DNA of 64,000 nucleotides, taken from the NCBI GenBank assembly GCA_964016885.1, contig OZ024744.1, positions 54,870,001 to 54,934,000 on the forward strand, written 5' to 3'. This DNA comes from Eledone cirrhosa. Lineage: Eukaryota. The position numbers were made by a program, and so were the translations under genes. The notes beneath the pieces are model-generated. The model did not search any database and had not been told where the DNA came from. It saw nothing but the letters and a program-made list of their open reading frames with translations. Each line of letters opens with the position of its first letter. The first letter of the stretch is position 1. Shown one piece after another: positions 36,873 to 50,346 of this stretch.

Positions 36873-38344
36873 GTGAGAAGGAGTTGGATGTGCTTGTTGA
36901 CACTGTCCGTATTATCAGCAATGATATATGTATGCAATTTGGTATTAGTAAGTGTGGAGTCCTTGTGATGAAGAGGGGTAAATTGAGCAGAAGCAACGGA
37001 ATCCAGATACCAACAGGTGAGATGATAAAGGAAATTGACACTGAAGAAGGATACAAGTATTTGGGTGTTCTGGAAGCTGATGACATCAAGAACAAAAAAA
37101 TGAAGGAATTGATAAGATCTGAATACATTCGGAGAGTAAGGAGCGTATTAAAGTCACATCTGAACAGTAGGAATGCCATAAGTGCAGTAAATTCCCGAGC
37201 TGTATCTATTATTAGGTACAGTGCGGGAATTCTGAGATGGAATGTTGCTGAACAAAAAGAAATGGATAGGAAGACTAGGAAGCTATTGACTATCTACAAC
37301 ATGTTCCACAAGAGGAGTGATGTCGATAGACTCTACTTAAGGAGATATGAAGGTGGAAGAGGTCTTATCAGCATAGAGGACTGTGTTCAGATGGAGAAAA
37401 ACAACCTACACAAATACGTGACTGATAGTAAGGAGCCAATGCTCAGAACTGTACTGAAGGAGAGGACAATAGACTAGGGGATGTCCAGGGAGGAAATAAC
37501 AACAAGGAGAAAGAGCAGCCTTCATGAAAATCCCTGCTTTGAGAAAACTGAATTCAGAGATCCACAGACATGGAACTGGTTGAGAAGAGGAGACCTTAAA
37601 AAGGCTACAGAAGGAATATTAATGGCTGCGCAGGAGCAGGCCCTCAAAACGAAGTGGTTGAAACACCATATTTACAAGGAGGAGGCTAGCTCACTGTGCA
37701 GGATCTGTGGAGAGAGAGAGAGGAGACTGTGGCTCACATTGTATCCGAGTGTAAACACCTAGCCCAGACCCACTATAAGGGCTGGAGACATGATGTGATG
37801 GGCAGGGTGATCCACTGGCACCTGTGCAAAGTAAACAATTTACCACATTCTGAGAAATGGTATGAGCATAAGCCAGAGGCGGTGATGGAGAACGATCAGG
37901 TGAAGGTGTTGTGGGATTTTAGGATACAGACGGACAAGAAACTGGAACACAATAGACCTGACCTGGTGGTTGTGGACAAAGAAAAAAGATCGTGTCTGAT
38001 TGTGGATGTGGCCTGCCCATTCGACACGAGAGTGCAAGAGAAGGAGAGGGAGAAAATTAACCGATACCAGGACTTAAAGTGGGAGGTAAAAAGGATTTGG
38101 AACTGCCATGAAGTCAAAGTGATCCCGATTGTCATAGGCGCACTGGGGACTATCTCCCAAAGTTTCCAGGGATGGTTAAAGAAAATCGGCCCCTTCACGC
38201 TTTTTGGAACGCTTCAAAAGGCATGCTTGCTGGGAACAGCAAGAACCCTCCGATACGTCCTGAATATCTGAGGCTGCAGGTAGTGGCTTGATATTCATTC
38301 CAACGGACTTTCCAGTTAACTAACATCAATGACTGAGATTCAAG

Positions 38345-38345
<1 letters not shown>
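36873..38345 (+). mobile_element. 5'-truncated second R4/Dong-like element of a different family, flanked by (TAA)n on both sides
   Basis: FGISKC, YKYLG, RLYLRRYEGGRGL, CRIC..ETVAHIVSEC, RHD, HNRPDLVV..DVACPFD. Confidence 0.9.
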
Positions 38346-38382
<37 letters not shown>

Positions 38383-38383
<1 letters not shown>

Positions 38384-38612
38384 TTTCTTTATTAACCACA
38401 AGGGTTTACATAAAGTATACATTAAGGACAGTGCAGGACAATACAGGACGGTACAAATGGACATTTTTGCGTGTAAAAAACAAAAATAGAGGATGTAACA
38501 AAAATAACAATGAAAAATTCCCCAATAGGGGGAGACTTCGGAGGGACATTTGTGGAGAAAGCCCAGTAAAAGGCCACAGTGACCCTGACCACCAAGGCAA
38601 GTGCCCTCTCCC
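38383..38612 (-). mobile_element. About 230-bp Tx1 3' UTR-only copy
   Basis: Homologous to 38614-38900; ends ggttaataaagaaat. Confidence 0.8.
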
Positions 38613-38613
38613 A

Positions 38614-41600
38614 GTTTCTTTATTGGCCACAAGGGCTGACATCAAGAAAAACATTACAGACGGCACGGGACGGTACAGGACGGTACGATGTGGGTTTTGT
38701 GCGTGTAAAGATTTTTATTAATTATATAAGAAAAGAAGAAAAAAAGGACATAGAAACATATATATATATAAACAATAAAAATGAAAATTGAAACAATGAA
38801 AAATTCCCCAATAGGGGGGAAACCTCCGAGGGTTACTCGTGGCGAAAACCACACAAAAGACCACGGCCACCCTGACCACCAGGGCAAGCGCCCTCTCTCA
38901 ATTTTTCCATCTCTCAATCTACAGGCCTATATTCAGAGTGGTCCCGTTCACTCGGACCATTCTCGCTACATTCACCCACCTTTCAACAAACTTGCTAGAG
39001 GGCAGCACTTGCCTCTCCACCCTGATTTTCCTCTTCAAGTGAAACTTGAAAAAGTTAATTAGGGATTCGCTGAAGAGGAAAGTGTCTGTCTTTAACCCTA
39101 TTAACCTTGTCCACCACACAATCTCTTTCGCCATGGCCACCAGGCAGATGAAAACCGCCTACCCTTCCTCCTCGAAGGAAGACGGCGAGACCATCTGCAC
39201 AATGGACTCAGTCGATAACCGGATCAGTCCTACACGCGACAGCAACTGTTCGACATAGCTCCACAAGTCAGCAATGCTCGGGCACAGAACGAGTGCGTGC
39301 ATGACGGTTTCGTCGCTCTGTGCGCATCTCGGACAGGCTCGGCTGACAGCACTTCCGTGCCTGTAGAGCTTATCTCGAACCGGCAGCGCTCCCCGGTAGC
39401 ACTGCCAGGCCAGGGATTTTTGGAAGTTATCCATAGGCCCCGGGCTGAAAGTTCTCTGGACGAGAGCAAACAGCTGATCTTCTTCGACGCCCAGGATCTC
39501 TCCGAGAATGTTATCGCTCTTCCCCTCCACTTGTCCTCTATAGAACGCCGAGGTGGAGTTTCCACCGATACTGGAGCCCAGCTGGTAGAGGGCAGTGAGC
39601 GCCTGGAGACATTCCAGTTTCCAAGCACTATCCCTCGGTCTTTTTCTGACCCAGGACTGCAGCTCCGTCAAGGAAACGAGCTGTGGGAAAACGTGCCTGG
39701 CGAACGGCGACCACACCCGTTCACCATCAAGGAAGCACCAGAGATGTCGCAGCCTCAGCGCATGTTTGCGCATCATCAGCCATGGCATGCCCAGTCCTCC
39801 ACGCAACGGGTGTTGACAGCAGATGGATCGTCTGACCATGGGAGCGCGTCCCTTCCACAAAAAGCGGAAGAGGAGGCGCTCCATTTTGGTGAGAGTTGGG
39901 CTGGAGCAAGGGACGACGGTGAGGTGGTAGCAGATGACGGATGCGATGTACGCATTCGCCAGTTCCGCCCGGCCTTTCAGGGACAGCCTCCTCTCGGCCC
40001 ATTTCTGGGTTAGGGAGGCCACCCTGCTCGTCACCTCGTTCCAGTTTTTCTCCATCTGGAGGTCCGGTCCGAACCAGACCCCGAGCAATTTAACCGGTCC
40101 GTCCGTCCAATGCCCCACGACGCTGTCGGACGGCATGAACTTGCCCCTCCAGGTGCCGAGCTGCAAGTCCACCGACTTTTCCTGGTTTATCTTTGCTCCT
40201 GTCACCGCTTCGTATTTCTTGAGAGCGGTGTCGAGCATCTGGACGTGTCTGGTGCTCGACACCACCACGGTGACGTCGTCAGCGTAAGCCGACTCGGATT
40301 TCCCGCATCCTAGTTCGTGTGGGACGCCCCTCATCGCCCCCAGTTTGTGCAGTAACGGCTCGAGAGCCAATACGTACAAGAGGGACGGGAGGGGACAACC
40401 CTGGCGGACTGAGCGCATGATGCTGAACGGCTGCGACAGGTGACCGTTCACCCTCACAACTGAGCAGATGTCGTTGTACATTGCTGCGTTCCAACACCTG
40501 AAAACGAGCCCGAAACCGACTGCCTGGAGAGCCGCTGCCAGGTACCGATGGTCGACCCTATCGAATGCTTTGGATTGATCCAAGTTGATCAGGGCCCCAC
40601 CCGTGCCAGGTTCCTTAACCACCCTCTCTATGCTGTATCGCATGAGGTGGAGGTTGTCGTGTATGGATCTGTCCGGAATGGCGCATGTCTGCGCCTCTCC
40701 CACCAGACCCTTGACGTCAAGCGCCAACTTCGTTGCTAACACCTTGGCCAAAATCTTGAACTCTGAGTTTAGCAGGGTTATGGGCCTGAACTTATCGATA
40801 ACATCCCCCTTGTTCGGGTATTTTCTCAGCACCGCCACTGCTCTCCAGCTCACAAAACTAGGAATGCTCCCGTTCTGCTGCCAGTTGCAGTAGACGTCTG
40901 CCAAGAGGTCACTGAACAAGTCTGGCATAAATGCATAAAGCTCGTAGGGCAGACCATTCAAACCTGTCGATTTACCCCTTGTGCAGTTAGCCATCGCTTC
41001 CCGTATTTCACCGGCTGTTATTGGCTTTTCGCAACACTGTACTGCGGTCGTCGAGAGCCGAGGCAGTCCGTCGAGGTATGCACTGAAGTCCATGCCCCGA
41101 TCCGGGCCGCCGCCGCTCCCGAACAGTTCAGCAAAGTGCTGCTGAAAAGCTTCACACATCCGCTCGAGGTCGAGCATCACGCACCCGTTTTGGTCAGACA
41201 AAGACCGAATTGTGGCTTTGTTGCCACGTCGCGCCTCTGCCACCCGGGCCCATTGGACGGCTTTTATCCCCTCGTGTTTCAGAGCACGCGCTCTAGCTCT
41301 GACAACGTAGCCTTCGTGTTTTGCGTTGAAGAATTGGTCGAGTGCCAATCTCGCCGCAAGCATGTCGGTTGCGATGCCTGTCCTAAACGCCTCTTCTAGC
41401 TTTCTGACTAGCTCTCCCTCTACTCTATTTTCCTCTATCACTACTCCTTTGCTAAACCTAATCGACTCTACTTTAATTGCCCTTTTCAGGGCGATCCACC
41501 ACCTGTTGTTGACGACCGCTCCCGTCAACGCCCGCTTAACTAATACGCTAATCCGGTCTCTGTAGGCTTTGCGCGCCGGGAAAGACGCGTTCAGCTTCCA

Positions 41601-44150
41601 GTAACCAGGCCCTTGTCTATGAAGTCTGTCTATGTCGATCTCACAGATCACAAATTTGTGGTCTGTGTAGTCGACTATTTTAAATTGTGGACAACTTATA
41701 CTAGCCTTATCTAGTTCTCTGCAGAATACCCTATCGAGATACGATCTGGATGACCCGATGCGGTTTGTCCATGTCCACATTGGCACATTCGGGTGATCCA
41801 GTCGATACCTGTCAGACAGTTCAAAACGTCTGAGCAGGTTGGTGAGGCTCTTTCCCCCTCCTCCTCTATCCACTAGCCCCACACGATCCCAGCGTGCATC
41901 CAAGATACCTTCCAGTCGCCCACTAACACTAAAGAGTGGGACGTTCCAAGAAAGATCTCTAGACGTCTGAAGAAATCTGGCCGTCCTGCCCCTGTTGGGG
42001 CGTAGACGATTACTAGCCTGAAAGCATTGCCTTCGCTGCCGGTCACGTCCAGCACCACCGACTTACCTTCTGGGTCTAGGAAGATGGCCCGTATCGCGAG
42101 ATCCAAGCCTCTCCGAAAAAGGACGGCAACCCCTCCCCCGATCCTGGACGGCTGGGAGATGCGTATACATCGTAGCCGCCGAAGATCGGTGCGAAGGCTT
42201 GTGCTTCGGAGATTCTGGTTTCACTGATGGCCACCACATCTATGTTTAGTGACCTGAGGTCGTTGAGCAGGTGACCCTGCTTCCAAGATGACCCCAGGCT
42301 ACGTGCATTTATACTGCCTGTTCTGAGTACGGCCATGTTGGATGAGAAGCGGGGCAAGTGAGAAAGGGTCACTTACCTGATCATGTGGTGAAGGGACAGT
42401 AGAACCGTCCCTTTCGCTGGTCATGGGTGTTTCCAAGAGGATGTCAGTGTATATCCTCTTGGTAACCGACCCTCTGAAGTCTCCGACTGCGTGGGGGAAT
42501 TTTTGTTTTAAAGGTTTGTACTGTTCTATTGAGATTTCGATGATGCTTATGTTTGACGGGAGAGTTCTTGGTGTTGGTGGGGTGTAGTAGTTTTTTTTCT
42601 GTGATGTCTGTGTGCTGCTTTATATATTGTATGAGTTCTTTTTTTTGCCATGTTTATGGCTGTGTACTTTTTGGGGGGAGGGGTGATTTTGTTGCTGTTT
42701 TCTTCTTGTTGCTGTTTGGTGTGTGTGTCTTGTTGTTTGCGTTGTTGGTGTTTTTGGTGATGCTGGTGGTGGTGTGGTTGTTGTTGTCAGTGGTGCTTGT
42801 GGTGGTGATGGTGGTGGTGTTGCTGCAAGTTTCCTTGCTGCCTTTACCCCTCTTTGTATGCCTTCGCTTTTGGAGGGTGAATCTAAGGGGTTTTTTCTTT
42901 TTTCTTTTTTGTGGCAGACCGTTTGCCACTTCACTCCCGCCTCAAACTCCATGTCGGATTCTGTGGCGTCTGGGAGGGTTATGTGCTCCACGGCTGTTGG
43001 TGGTGGTAGTGGAGCCCTCTTCGGCAAATTTTGTTGCTGGTGTAGCTACTTCAAATGTAGCTATTGGTGTTGCCGCCACTGATGATGATGCTTTAGTTGT
43101 CCGTGGCCTGGGTACGGGTGCTACGGAAGTTGCCCTCCTACTCACCGTGGAAAGGGGCTTCTTCGTTTGTTGCCTGCCCTGCCCTTCGACCCACAGAGAT
43201 AATATTTTGGCCGTCTTCCTTCTACACTTATAGGGAGCTGGAGTCCTTCCTCGATGTCTATGATATCGGGGATAGCGTCGATACATTCCTGGTCAGTTTG
43301 TATAAGCATTTGCATGCCTATACCTGACCAGTTCTCTCTCCCTATTTTTTTCTACTTGCAGCATGGTCGCCCTGTTCTCGATTCCAGCAAGGACACACGC
43401 GGCCAGCCAGGTATGGGCACGTCGAGTGGGACCTGGGTCACTTTAACCCTCACAATTTTCTGCCCGCAGTAGGAGGGCACCAAGACTATCTCCTCACTCT
43501 TTAGGGTTTCCAAAGAGTGAGAATTTGCTTCCTGGGGGGTGGCGAAAAGTACGTCTACTGTGGCGTACTTTCTGCCTCGGGTGATGTGGGTTTTGCGTGC
43601 CCAGACGCACCCCAAGGCCTTTTGGATTTGAGCCTCCGTGGCTCTCTCCACCCGATGTGAGATTTTGCTTACGGTGCGGTAAGTCACCGTCCGTAGCTGC
43701 TGGTCCTTGAAAAAATCGGGTGGAGGTTTCAGGGAGACTTTATTTACGCTTCTTGTCACCATGGCCCTTGCGACTGCCATCTCCTCCTCTGTGACTAACA
43801 CTGTCTCGATATTTCGGGTGACACCTGCAAAAGAAGTGGTCCCTTTTTCAACAGCACCACTATTGCTGCCGCTACTGGTGGTGCTGAGATCGCTATTACA
43901 GGTATCGGTGTCATTGTTGTTGTTTTCGTTGGTACAGTTGTTGGTGTTGTTGTTGTTTTCGTTGATACTGTTGCTGATGTTACTGTTATTGTGGCTGTTG
44001 TTATTATTGTTGTTTTTGTTGATACTGTTCCTACTATTATTGTTGTTGTGGCTGTTGTTATTGTCATTGTTATTGTCGTTCTCGACCTTACCGCTGTTAG
44101 ATATTATTGAGTACAGTGCTCAGGTGCACTACAATTCATCATAATGATGA
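38614..44150 (-). mobile_element. Near full-length Tx1/L1-clade LINE; ORF1 (about 44100-42373) and ORF2 (42336-38919) both frameshifted
   Basis: APE motifs GSINAR, AISET, VYAP, GDW, SYLDR, TDH; RT motifs FRPITLLN, LDQSKAFDRV, VRQGCP, AYADD; C-terminal CPRC..ETVMHALVLC. Confidence 0.92.
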
Positions 44151-44364
44151 CAACAATAATAACAACAATAATAAAAAAGAAAAGGAAACAAAAGAGAAAA
44201 AAACTAGAAAAAATATAGAGAAAAATGAGAAAAAGAAAGAAAGAAGAGGAAGGGGTGGGGACAACAAACACTCTAGTGTCGCAATATATTTAGTTTTACA
44301 GCTGCTCTTGAGGTCCAACAGTTTCCTGTTTTTCTTGCTAGTTATACTTTCTAATTTATATACT

Positions 44365-46360
44365 TGGTGTTGGTGGTGTGTTGGTGGTGTGGTGGTGTGG
44401 TGTTGTGGTGTGGGGGGGGGGGGTGTTGGTGGTGTGTTGGTGATGTGTTGGAGATGGTGTGGTGGTGGTGTGTTGGTGGTGTGGTGGTGGTGTGGTGGTG
44501 GTGTGTTGGTGGTGTGTTGGTGGTGTGGTGGTGGTGTGTTGGTGGTTGTGGTGGTGGTGTGTTGGTGGTGTGTTGGTGGTATGTTGGTGGTGTGTTGGTG
44601 GTGCGTTGGTGGTGTTTTGGTGGTTGTGGTGGTGGTGTGTTGGTGGTGTGTTGGTGGTGTGTTGGTGGTATGTTGGTGGTGTGTTGGTGGTGCGTTGGTG
44701 GTGTTTTGGTGGTTGTGGTGGTGGTGTGTTGGTGGTGTGTTGGTGGTGTGTTGATGGTGGTGGCGTATTGGTGGTGTGTTGGTGGTGTGTTGATGGTGGT
44801 ATGTTGGTGGTGTGTTGGTGGTGGTGTGTTGATGGTGGTGTGTTGGTGGTGTGTTGATGGTGGTGGCGTGTTGGTGGTGTGTTGGTGGTGTGTTGATGGT
44901 GTGGTGGTGGTGGTGTGTTGGTGATGTATTGGTGGTGGTGTGTTGGTGGTGGTGTGTTGGTGGTGTGGTGGTGGTGGTGTGTTAGTGGTGGTGAGTTGGT
45001 GGTGTGGTGGTAGTGTGGTGGGGGTGTGTTGGTGGTGTGTTGGTGGTGTGTTGGTGGTGTGTTGGTAGTATATTTGTGGTGTGTTGGTGGTGTGTTGGTG
45101 GTGTGTTGGTGATGTATTGGTGGTGTGTTGGTGGTGTGTTGGTGGTGTGGTGGTGGTGTGTTGGTGGTGGTGGTGGCGTGTTGGTGGTGTGGTGGTGGGG
45201 TCTTGGTGGTGTGTTGGTGGTGTGTTGGTGGTGTGTTGGTGGTGGTGTTAGTGGTGTGTTGGTGGTGTGTTGGTGGTGTGTTGTGGTGTGTTAGTGGTAG
45301 TGTGTTGGTGGTGTGTTGGTGGTGTGGTGGTCGTGTGTTGGTGGTGGTGGTGTGTTGATGGTGTGTTGGTGGTGTGTTGGTGGTGGTGTTGATGGTGTGT
45401 TGGTGGTATGTTTGTGGTGTGTTGGTGGTGTGTTGGTGATGTGTTGATGGTGTGTTAGTGGTGTGTTGGTGGTGGTGTTGATGGTGTGTTGGTGGTATGT
45501 TTGTGGTGTGTTGGTGGTGTGTTGGTGATGTGTTGGTGGTGTGTTGGTGGTATGTTGGTGGTGTGTTGGTGGTGTGTTGGTGGTGTGTTGATGGTGTGTT
45601 GGTGGTATGTTTGTCGTGTGTTGGTGGTGTGTTGGTGATGTGTTGATGGTGTGTTAGTGGTGTGTTGGTGGTGGTGTTGATGGTGTGTTGGTGGTATGTT
45701 TGTGGTGTGTTGGTGGTGTGTTGGTGATGTGTTGGTGGTGTGTTGGTGGTATGTTGGTGGTGTGTTGGTGGTGTGTTGGTGGTGTGTTGATGGTGTGTTG
45801 GTGGTATGTTTGTGGTGTGTTGGTGGTTGTGGTGGTGGTGTGTTGGTGGTGTGTTGGTGGTATGTTGGTGGTGTGTTGGTGGTGTGTTGGTGATGTGTTG
45901 GTGGTGTGTTGGTGGTATGTTGGTGGTGTGTTGGTGGTGTGTTGGTGGTGTGTTGGTAATGTGTTGGTGGTGTGTTGGTGGTATGTTGGTGGTGTGTTGG
46001 TGGTGTGTTGGTGGTGTGTTGGTGGTGTGTTGGTGGTGTGTTGGTGGTATGTTGGTGGTGTGTTGGTGGTGTGTTGGTGGTGTGTTGGTGGTGTGTTGGT
46101 AGTATATTTGTGGTGTGTTGGTGGTGTGTTGGTGGTGTGTTGGTGGTGTGTTGGTGATGTGTTGGTGGTGTGTTGGTGGTATGTTGGTGGTGTGTTGGTG
46201 GTGTGTTGGTGGTGTGTTGGTGGTGTGTTGGTAGTATATTTGTGGTGTGTTGGTGGTGTGTTGGTGGTGTGTTGGTGGTGTGTTGGTGGTGTGTTCATGG
46301 TCGTGTGTTGGTGGTGTGTTGGGGGTGTTTTGGTGGTGTGTTGTTGGTGGTGTGGTGCTA
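44365..46360. repeat. 11-bp tandem repeat (GGTGGTGTGTT)n, about 2 kb
   Basis: Direct inspection; source of the HHQHTTNTPPT pseudo-ORFs. Confidence 0.95.
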
Positions 46361-46433
46361 GTGTGTTTGAAGTGTAGGTGGTGTGTTGTTAATGTGTTGG
46401 TCATATGTGTTTGACGACGGCCAAAATGTTGCG

Positions 46434-46598
46434 CATTGGCAGTATCGGTAGATGGTCGGACGCTATGCAATGCTGCATAGAATTACGGCCCTTTACACCG
46501 AGTTAACTTTTCCTTTCATCCTTACGGGGTCGATAAAATAAAGTACCAGTAACATACTGAGATAACCGCTGACCTTGTGCCAAAAGTAGAAACAATTA
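46434..46598 (+). mobile_element. tRNA-derived SINE with internal deletion of the B box
   Basis: attggcagtatcggtag..., then ccgagttaacttttcctttcatccttacggggtcgataaa. Confidence 0.85.
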
Positions 46599-46659
46599 AA
46601 ATATCAAGTAATATTCGGACTGGAGACATGATTTAAATGCTGGTGATATAGTGTAAATA

Positions 46660-46830
46660 CCGTATTTCCCGGCACCGAAGACGCTTCGTCCTCGAGGACG
46701 CACCCTAATTTTGACAACCAAAACTTTGAAAGAAAAAAAATGACAACAACTTTTAGCCTCCGGGACGCATACTAGATTTTTAAGACTTATTTTAGGGGAA
46801 AAGTAGCGTCTTCAACGCCAGGAAATACAG
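46660..46830. mobile_element. Tc1/mariner-superfamily (Tc2/pogo-like) MITE
   Basis: TA-CCGTATTTCCCGGC..GAAGACGC and GCGTCTTC..GCCAGGAAATACAG-TA; TA TSD. Confidence 0.8.
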
Positions 46831-47399
46831 TAGCTAAAAGATGAAGGGCCAGGTGGTGGTGTTAAACCTACCGATGTATTACGTTTAACAGTCAATAACA
46901 GGCATGGTCTGTCTCAGAGATAGGGAACCTTTTCATGTTGAAAGGCTGCGTTACGTTACTTGTAATATAAGACCACATTCAAGAAACCATAATTATATAT
47001 TCTTAAAACTACATTATTTTGTAAAAAATATACTAATTATCTAAAAAGCGAAACAAAAAAATAATTTTAAAGGTAACTACTATCGGGTCCTAAATAAGCG
47101 GGGTGGGTGGAATAAACCCTGGGTTGCGAAATCGGTAATTGTATAGTGTACATTCATAAATATGGGATTTCTTGTAATGTTCTTTTTTTGTCATATATAC
47201 TGTTGTTGTTTTTTTTTAAATGTAAAATAAAATTATTAATAGATTCTCCAGCTGCTGTATCGATATGAATCACAATAAAATTTCGCTGGAGATAGATTTA
47301 GCAAAGTTTAATAAGCGAGGTGGAGGGGGGATTGGGTTCGAAAAATTCTAAAAAATTAATCAGAGTAGGGAGTGGGGCGATTATTCAAGACGTGAAAGA

Positions 47400-47570
47400 A
47401 CATTTTAATGACTTTGTTGTAGGAAAGCATATTGGTTTGCGGCATGGAGGTTCGAAGTTTCAACTGAACTTCGAGATGGGCATCCGCCATTTCTGATCTC
47501 AAAGGCGTCAAAGGGGATTTGGGTTAGATAGGAGAATGTAGATTCGTAGTAATAAGTGGTTTAAATTAAA
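47400..47570 (-). pseudogene. Decayed hAT (Charlie/SPIN-like) transposase C-terminal dimerisation-domain remnant
   Basis: Manual translation TTYYYESTFSYLTQI / LRSEMADAHLEVQLKLRTSMP resembles TTY.CE..FS....K...RS.L.D.HL...L.L.TS. Confidence 0.6.
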
Positions 47571-47844
47571 ATAATAAGAGATAGACAAAAACACATTAAT
47601 AACAAATTGATATTTGTTGGAAATGTCTGATTCTTTAAAAAGGCCACGCTGAATGACATCGAATGCTGCAGGTCATCATCTCTAGTCTTATAGGTTTCCA
47701 CTCAGTTTCAATTGTAGCTTTGTGTGGAGAGGGGGCTGCGAATGTTTGTAAGTGTGCGAGTGTGTGAATGTGTGTGTGTGTGTGCTTACCCATTTACATA
47801 TATTTTTATCTATTTAAAAGATTACTTTATCCGTATTATTTCTT

Positions 47845-48235
47845 GGTGGATTGGCGGTATCAATAGAGGGTCTGACACCATGCTTTGCAGCAAAGAGTTA
47901 TGCCCCTTTATGGTCTGAGTTCAAATTCCGCCGAGGTTAACTTTGCCTTTTAACCTAACGAGGTCGATAAAATAAAGTACCAGTAATGTACTGGATAATT
48001 GCTGGCCTTGTGCCTAAAGTAGAAACAATTATTTCTTGTATATCTTATATAATTATTTCTATTTTAGGCACAAGGCCAGAAATTACTCAGTACATTACTG
48101 GTACTTTATTTTATCGACCCCGCAAGGATGAAAGGCAAAGTTAACCTCGGCGGGATTTGAACTCAGATCGTAAAGGGACGTAACTGTATGCTGCAAAGCA
48201 TGGTGTCCGACTTTCTACCGATACTGCCAATCCGT
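47845..48235. mobile_element. Two tRNA-derived SINEs tail-to-tail (47845-48033 +, 48050-48235 -)
   Basis: SINE body and its reverse complement about 17 bp apart. Confidence 0.9.
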
Positions 48236-48599
48236 GATTTGTAATACTTATATGTGCGTGTCTCTATGTTTGTTTGTGTGTGTGTGATTGTGAGTTTATA
48301 TGTGTATATGTGTGTGTGTGTCTTTGTTTATTTGTGTGTGTGGTTGTGTGTGTGTGTGTGTGATTGTATGTGTGTATGTGTGGTTGTATGTGTTTGTATG
48401 TGTGTGTATGTCGTATTAGTAATGCTAACGAAAATACAAGTCTATTGCTGAAGCTAAGAATGAATAGACAGATAAAAAATAAAAGAGAGAAGGGAGGAAG
48501 TGGGAGGAAGTGGGAGGAGGGGAATATATAAACCAATTCGATTTGCAAGTTACAGTGTGGACTTATGGCGGACAACGTTCTCTATTTCATTTCTTCTAC

Positions 48600-49070
48600 A
48601 GAAACCACCAACGCCGCCGCCAACATCACTACGACTATCAACAACAACGTCGCCGCCGCCAACATAACTACCAACAACAACAGCACTGTCGCCATCACCC
48701 CAGCAAAATCGCCGCTACCACCATCACCACCACGAACAACAACAACACCAATACTGCCACCATCAGCCCCCCACCCCACCCCCACCCCACCCACAAGAGC
48801 TCCGCTAACACCACCACCACCAGAACCACCGCCGCCACAATAACTGCCACCACCATAACCACCACCGCCACAACAGCAACACTGTCGCATCACTCCCATC
48901 AGCAGCGTCACTACAACCACAATCACCGCCGCCATAACAACCTCCACCATCACAACAACAACAACAGCAACACTGTCGCATCATTCCCATCAGGAGCGTC
49001 ACTACCACCACCACCACCACCGCCGCCGCCACAACAACCGCCACCATCACCACCAATAACAATAACAGCA
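48600..49070. repeat. (ACC/AAC/GCC)n low-complexity tract
   Basis: Direct inspection. Confidence 0.8.
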
Positions 49071-49772
49071 CTAAAACCAATCGAAGCCTAAGGAAGACAC
49101 GGCTATTAATACTGCAGAGAGAGTGTGTGTGTGAGACAGAGAGAGATAGAAAGAGAGAGAGTGAGAGAGAAGAGAGAGTGGGAGAGGGGGTGTAACAAAA
49201 TAGAGTATGAGGTAGATGATGCGAGAGGATGGACGTGGAGGAAGAGGAGCAAAAGGATACAGATTAAGCTAAGTCAGACAAATTGTTGGATAATTAGACA
49301 TTTTAAACAGACATCACAGGCTGGTTGTTGTTGTTGCTGTTGTTGTTGAGTTATTGCATTGCTATTGGTTGCTATGGTGGCAGAGAAAAAAAAGAAAAAA
49401 AGATTGTGGGTTAAATATTTTCGAGGTAGGGGAAAAAAACCAGACAGACGGAAGATAAGTCTGATTGAGACGAAGTGAGTGTATTTGAATACATATAAAA
49501 ATGCTGTCAATGACAACAATGGGCAAGAATGCCGCAGAGGACCGAGACTAGCGGCCAGTGGTCAACAGAGAGACAATCCACAAGGTGGACGACAGGTAAA
49601 TGAAATATAGAAAATATTGAAAAGGGAGAACAAGGAGATGTGTGTTGGCGCATAGAAATGACTGGAAGAAGGAAATATAGAAAGGCGATGTATAAGACAA
49701 GTTTACACACATCTCCACCCTCACCAGCTCTCAAACCAGCAAATGGTTTCGCACGATTTAATTGAGAATACC

Positions 49773-50234
49773 ATTTTAAAATGCTGGATTGTACGACAGA
49801 AAAATAAATCTTTCTGCTAGTATGATGTGTATGTGATAAAACAAACAGCACAGATAGAAGGACGAAAGAAAAGAAATAAAATAAAATAATGGGATACTAG
49901 ACTTCAAGCTGTGGTGTATGTCCTAAATATAAAGCTAATCATAGCTAATGATAAAGTTAAATAAAAAAATAAAAAAAGTCGATTCTGATCGAGAGGAAGC
50001 AAGAGTGTATTTAAATACATATAAAAAAAAGTAGAAAACTCATCGCTAGAACAGCCATTAAAACAACTAAATGCTGACTATTTAGGACAGACATCACAGC
50101 TTGAAACCCACTAACCCATTATTCTATTTTCTTTGTTTTCTTTCGTCTTTCTATCTGTGCTGTTACTTTTATCACACACACATCATACCAGACGAAAGAT
50201 TTGTTTTTCTGTTGCACAATCGAGCATTTTAAAA
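49773..50234. repeat. Old diverged inverted repeat (arms about 49773-49930 and 50079-50234)
   Basis: ttttaaaatgctggattgt..cagcacagatagaagg..aagctgtggtgtatgtcctaaata versus its diverged reverse complement. Confidence 0.7.
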
Positions 50235-50346
50235 GTAAGAAAAGAATATTTCCTACTTTATAAAACGTTGAACTAATATATTCTTCATAGTATTGTGTTG
50301 TTTGCTTTGTTGTTTCCGTTTACTTTTTACTTACATACATACACGT

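Noticed and set aside
44356-46470. 704-aa HHQHTTNTPPT ORF and the VVCWWC ORFs
   Set aside because: Artefacts of an 11-bp repeat
47076-47400. Possible decayed MITE (tactatcgggtcctaaataa / ttattcaagacgtgaaaga)
   Set aside because: Terminal repeats too degenerate to support a call
48510-49091. Pro/His/Gln-rich ORFs resembling a transcription-factor exon
   Set aside because: Trinucleotide low-complexity tract open in several frames on both strands
49715-49755. GAAA CCA..TGG TT ... CTGGTGA as a permuted hammerhead
   Set aside because: Core substitution and no convincing stems I or II
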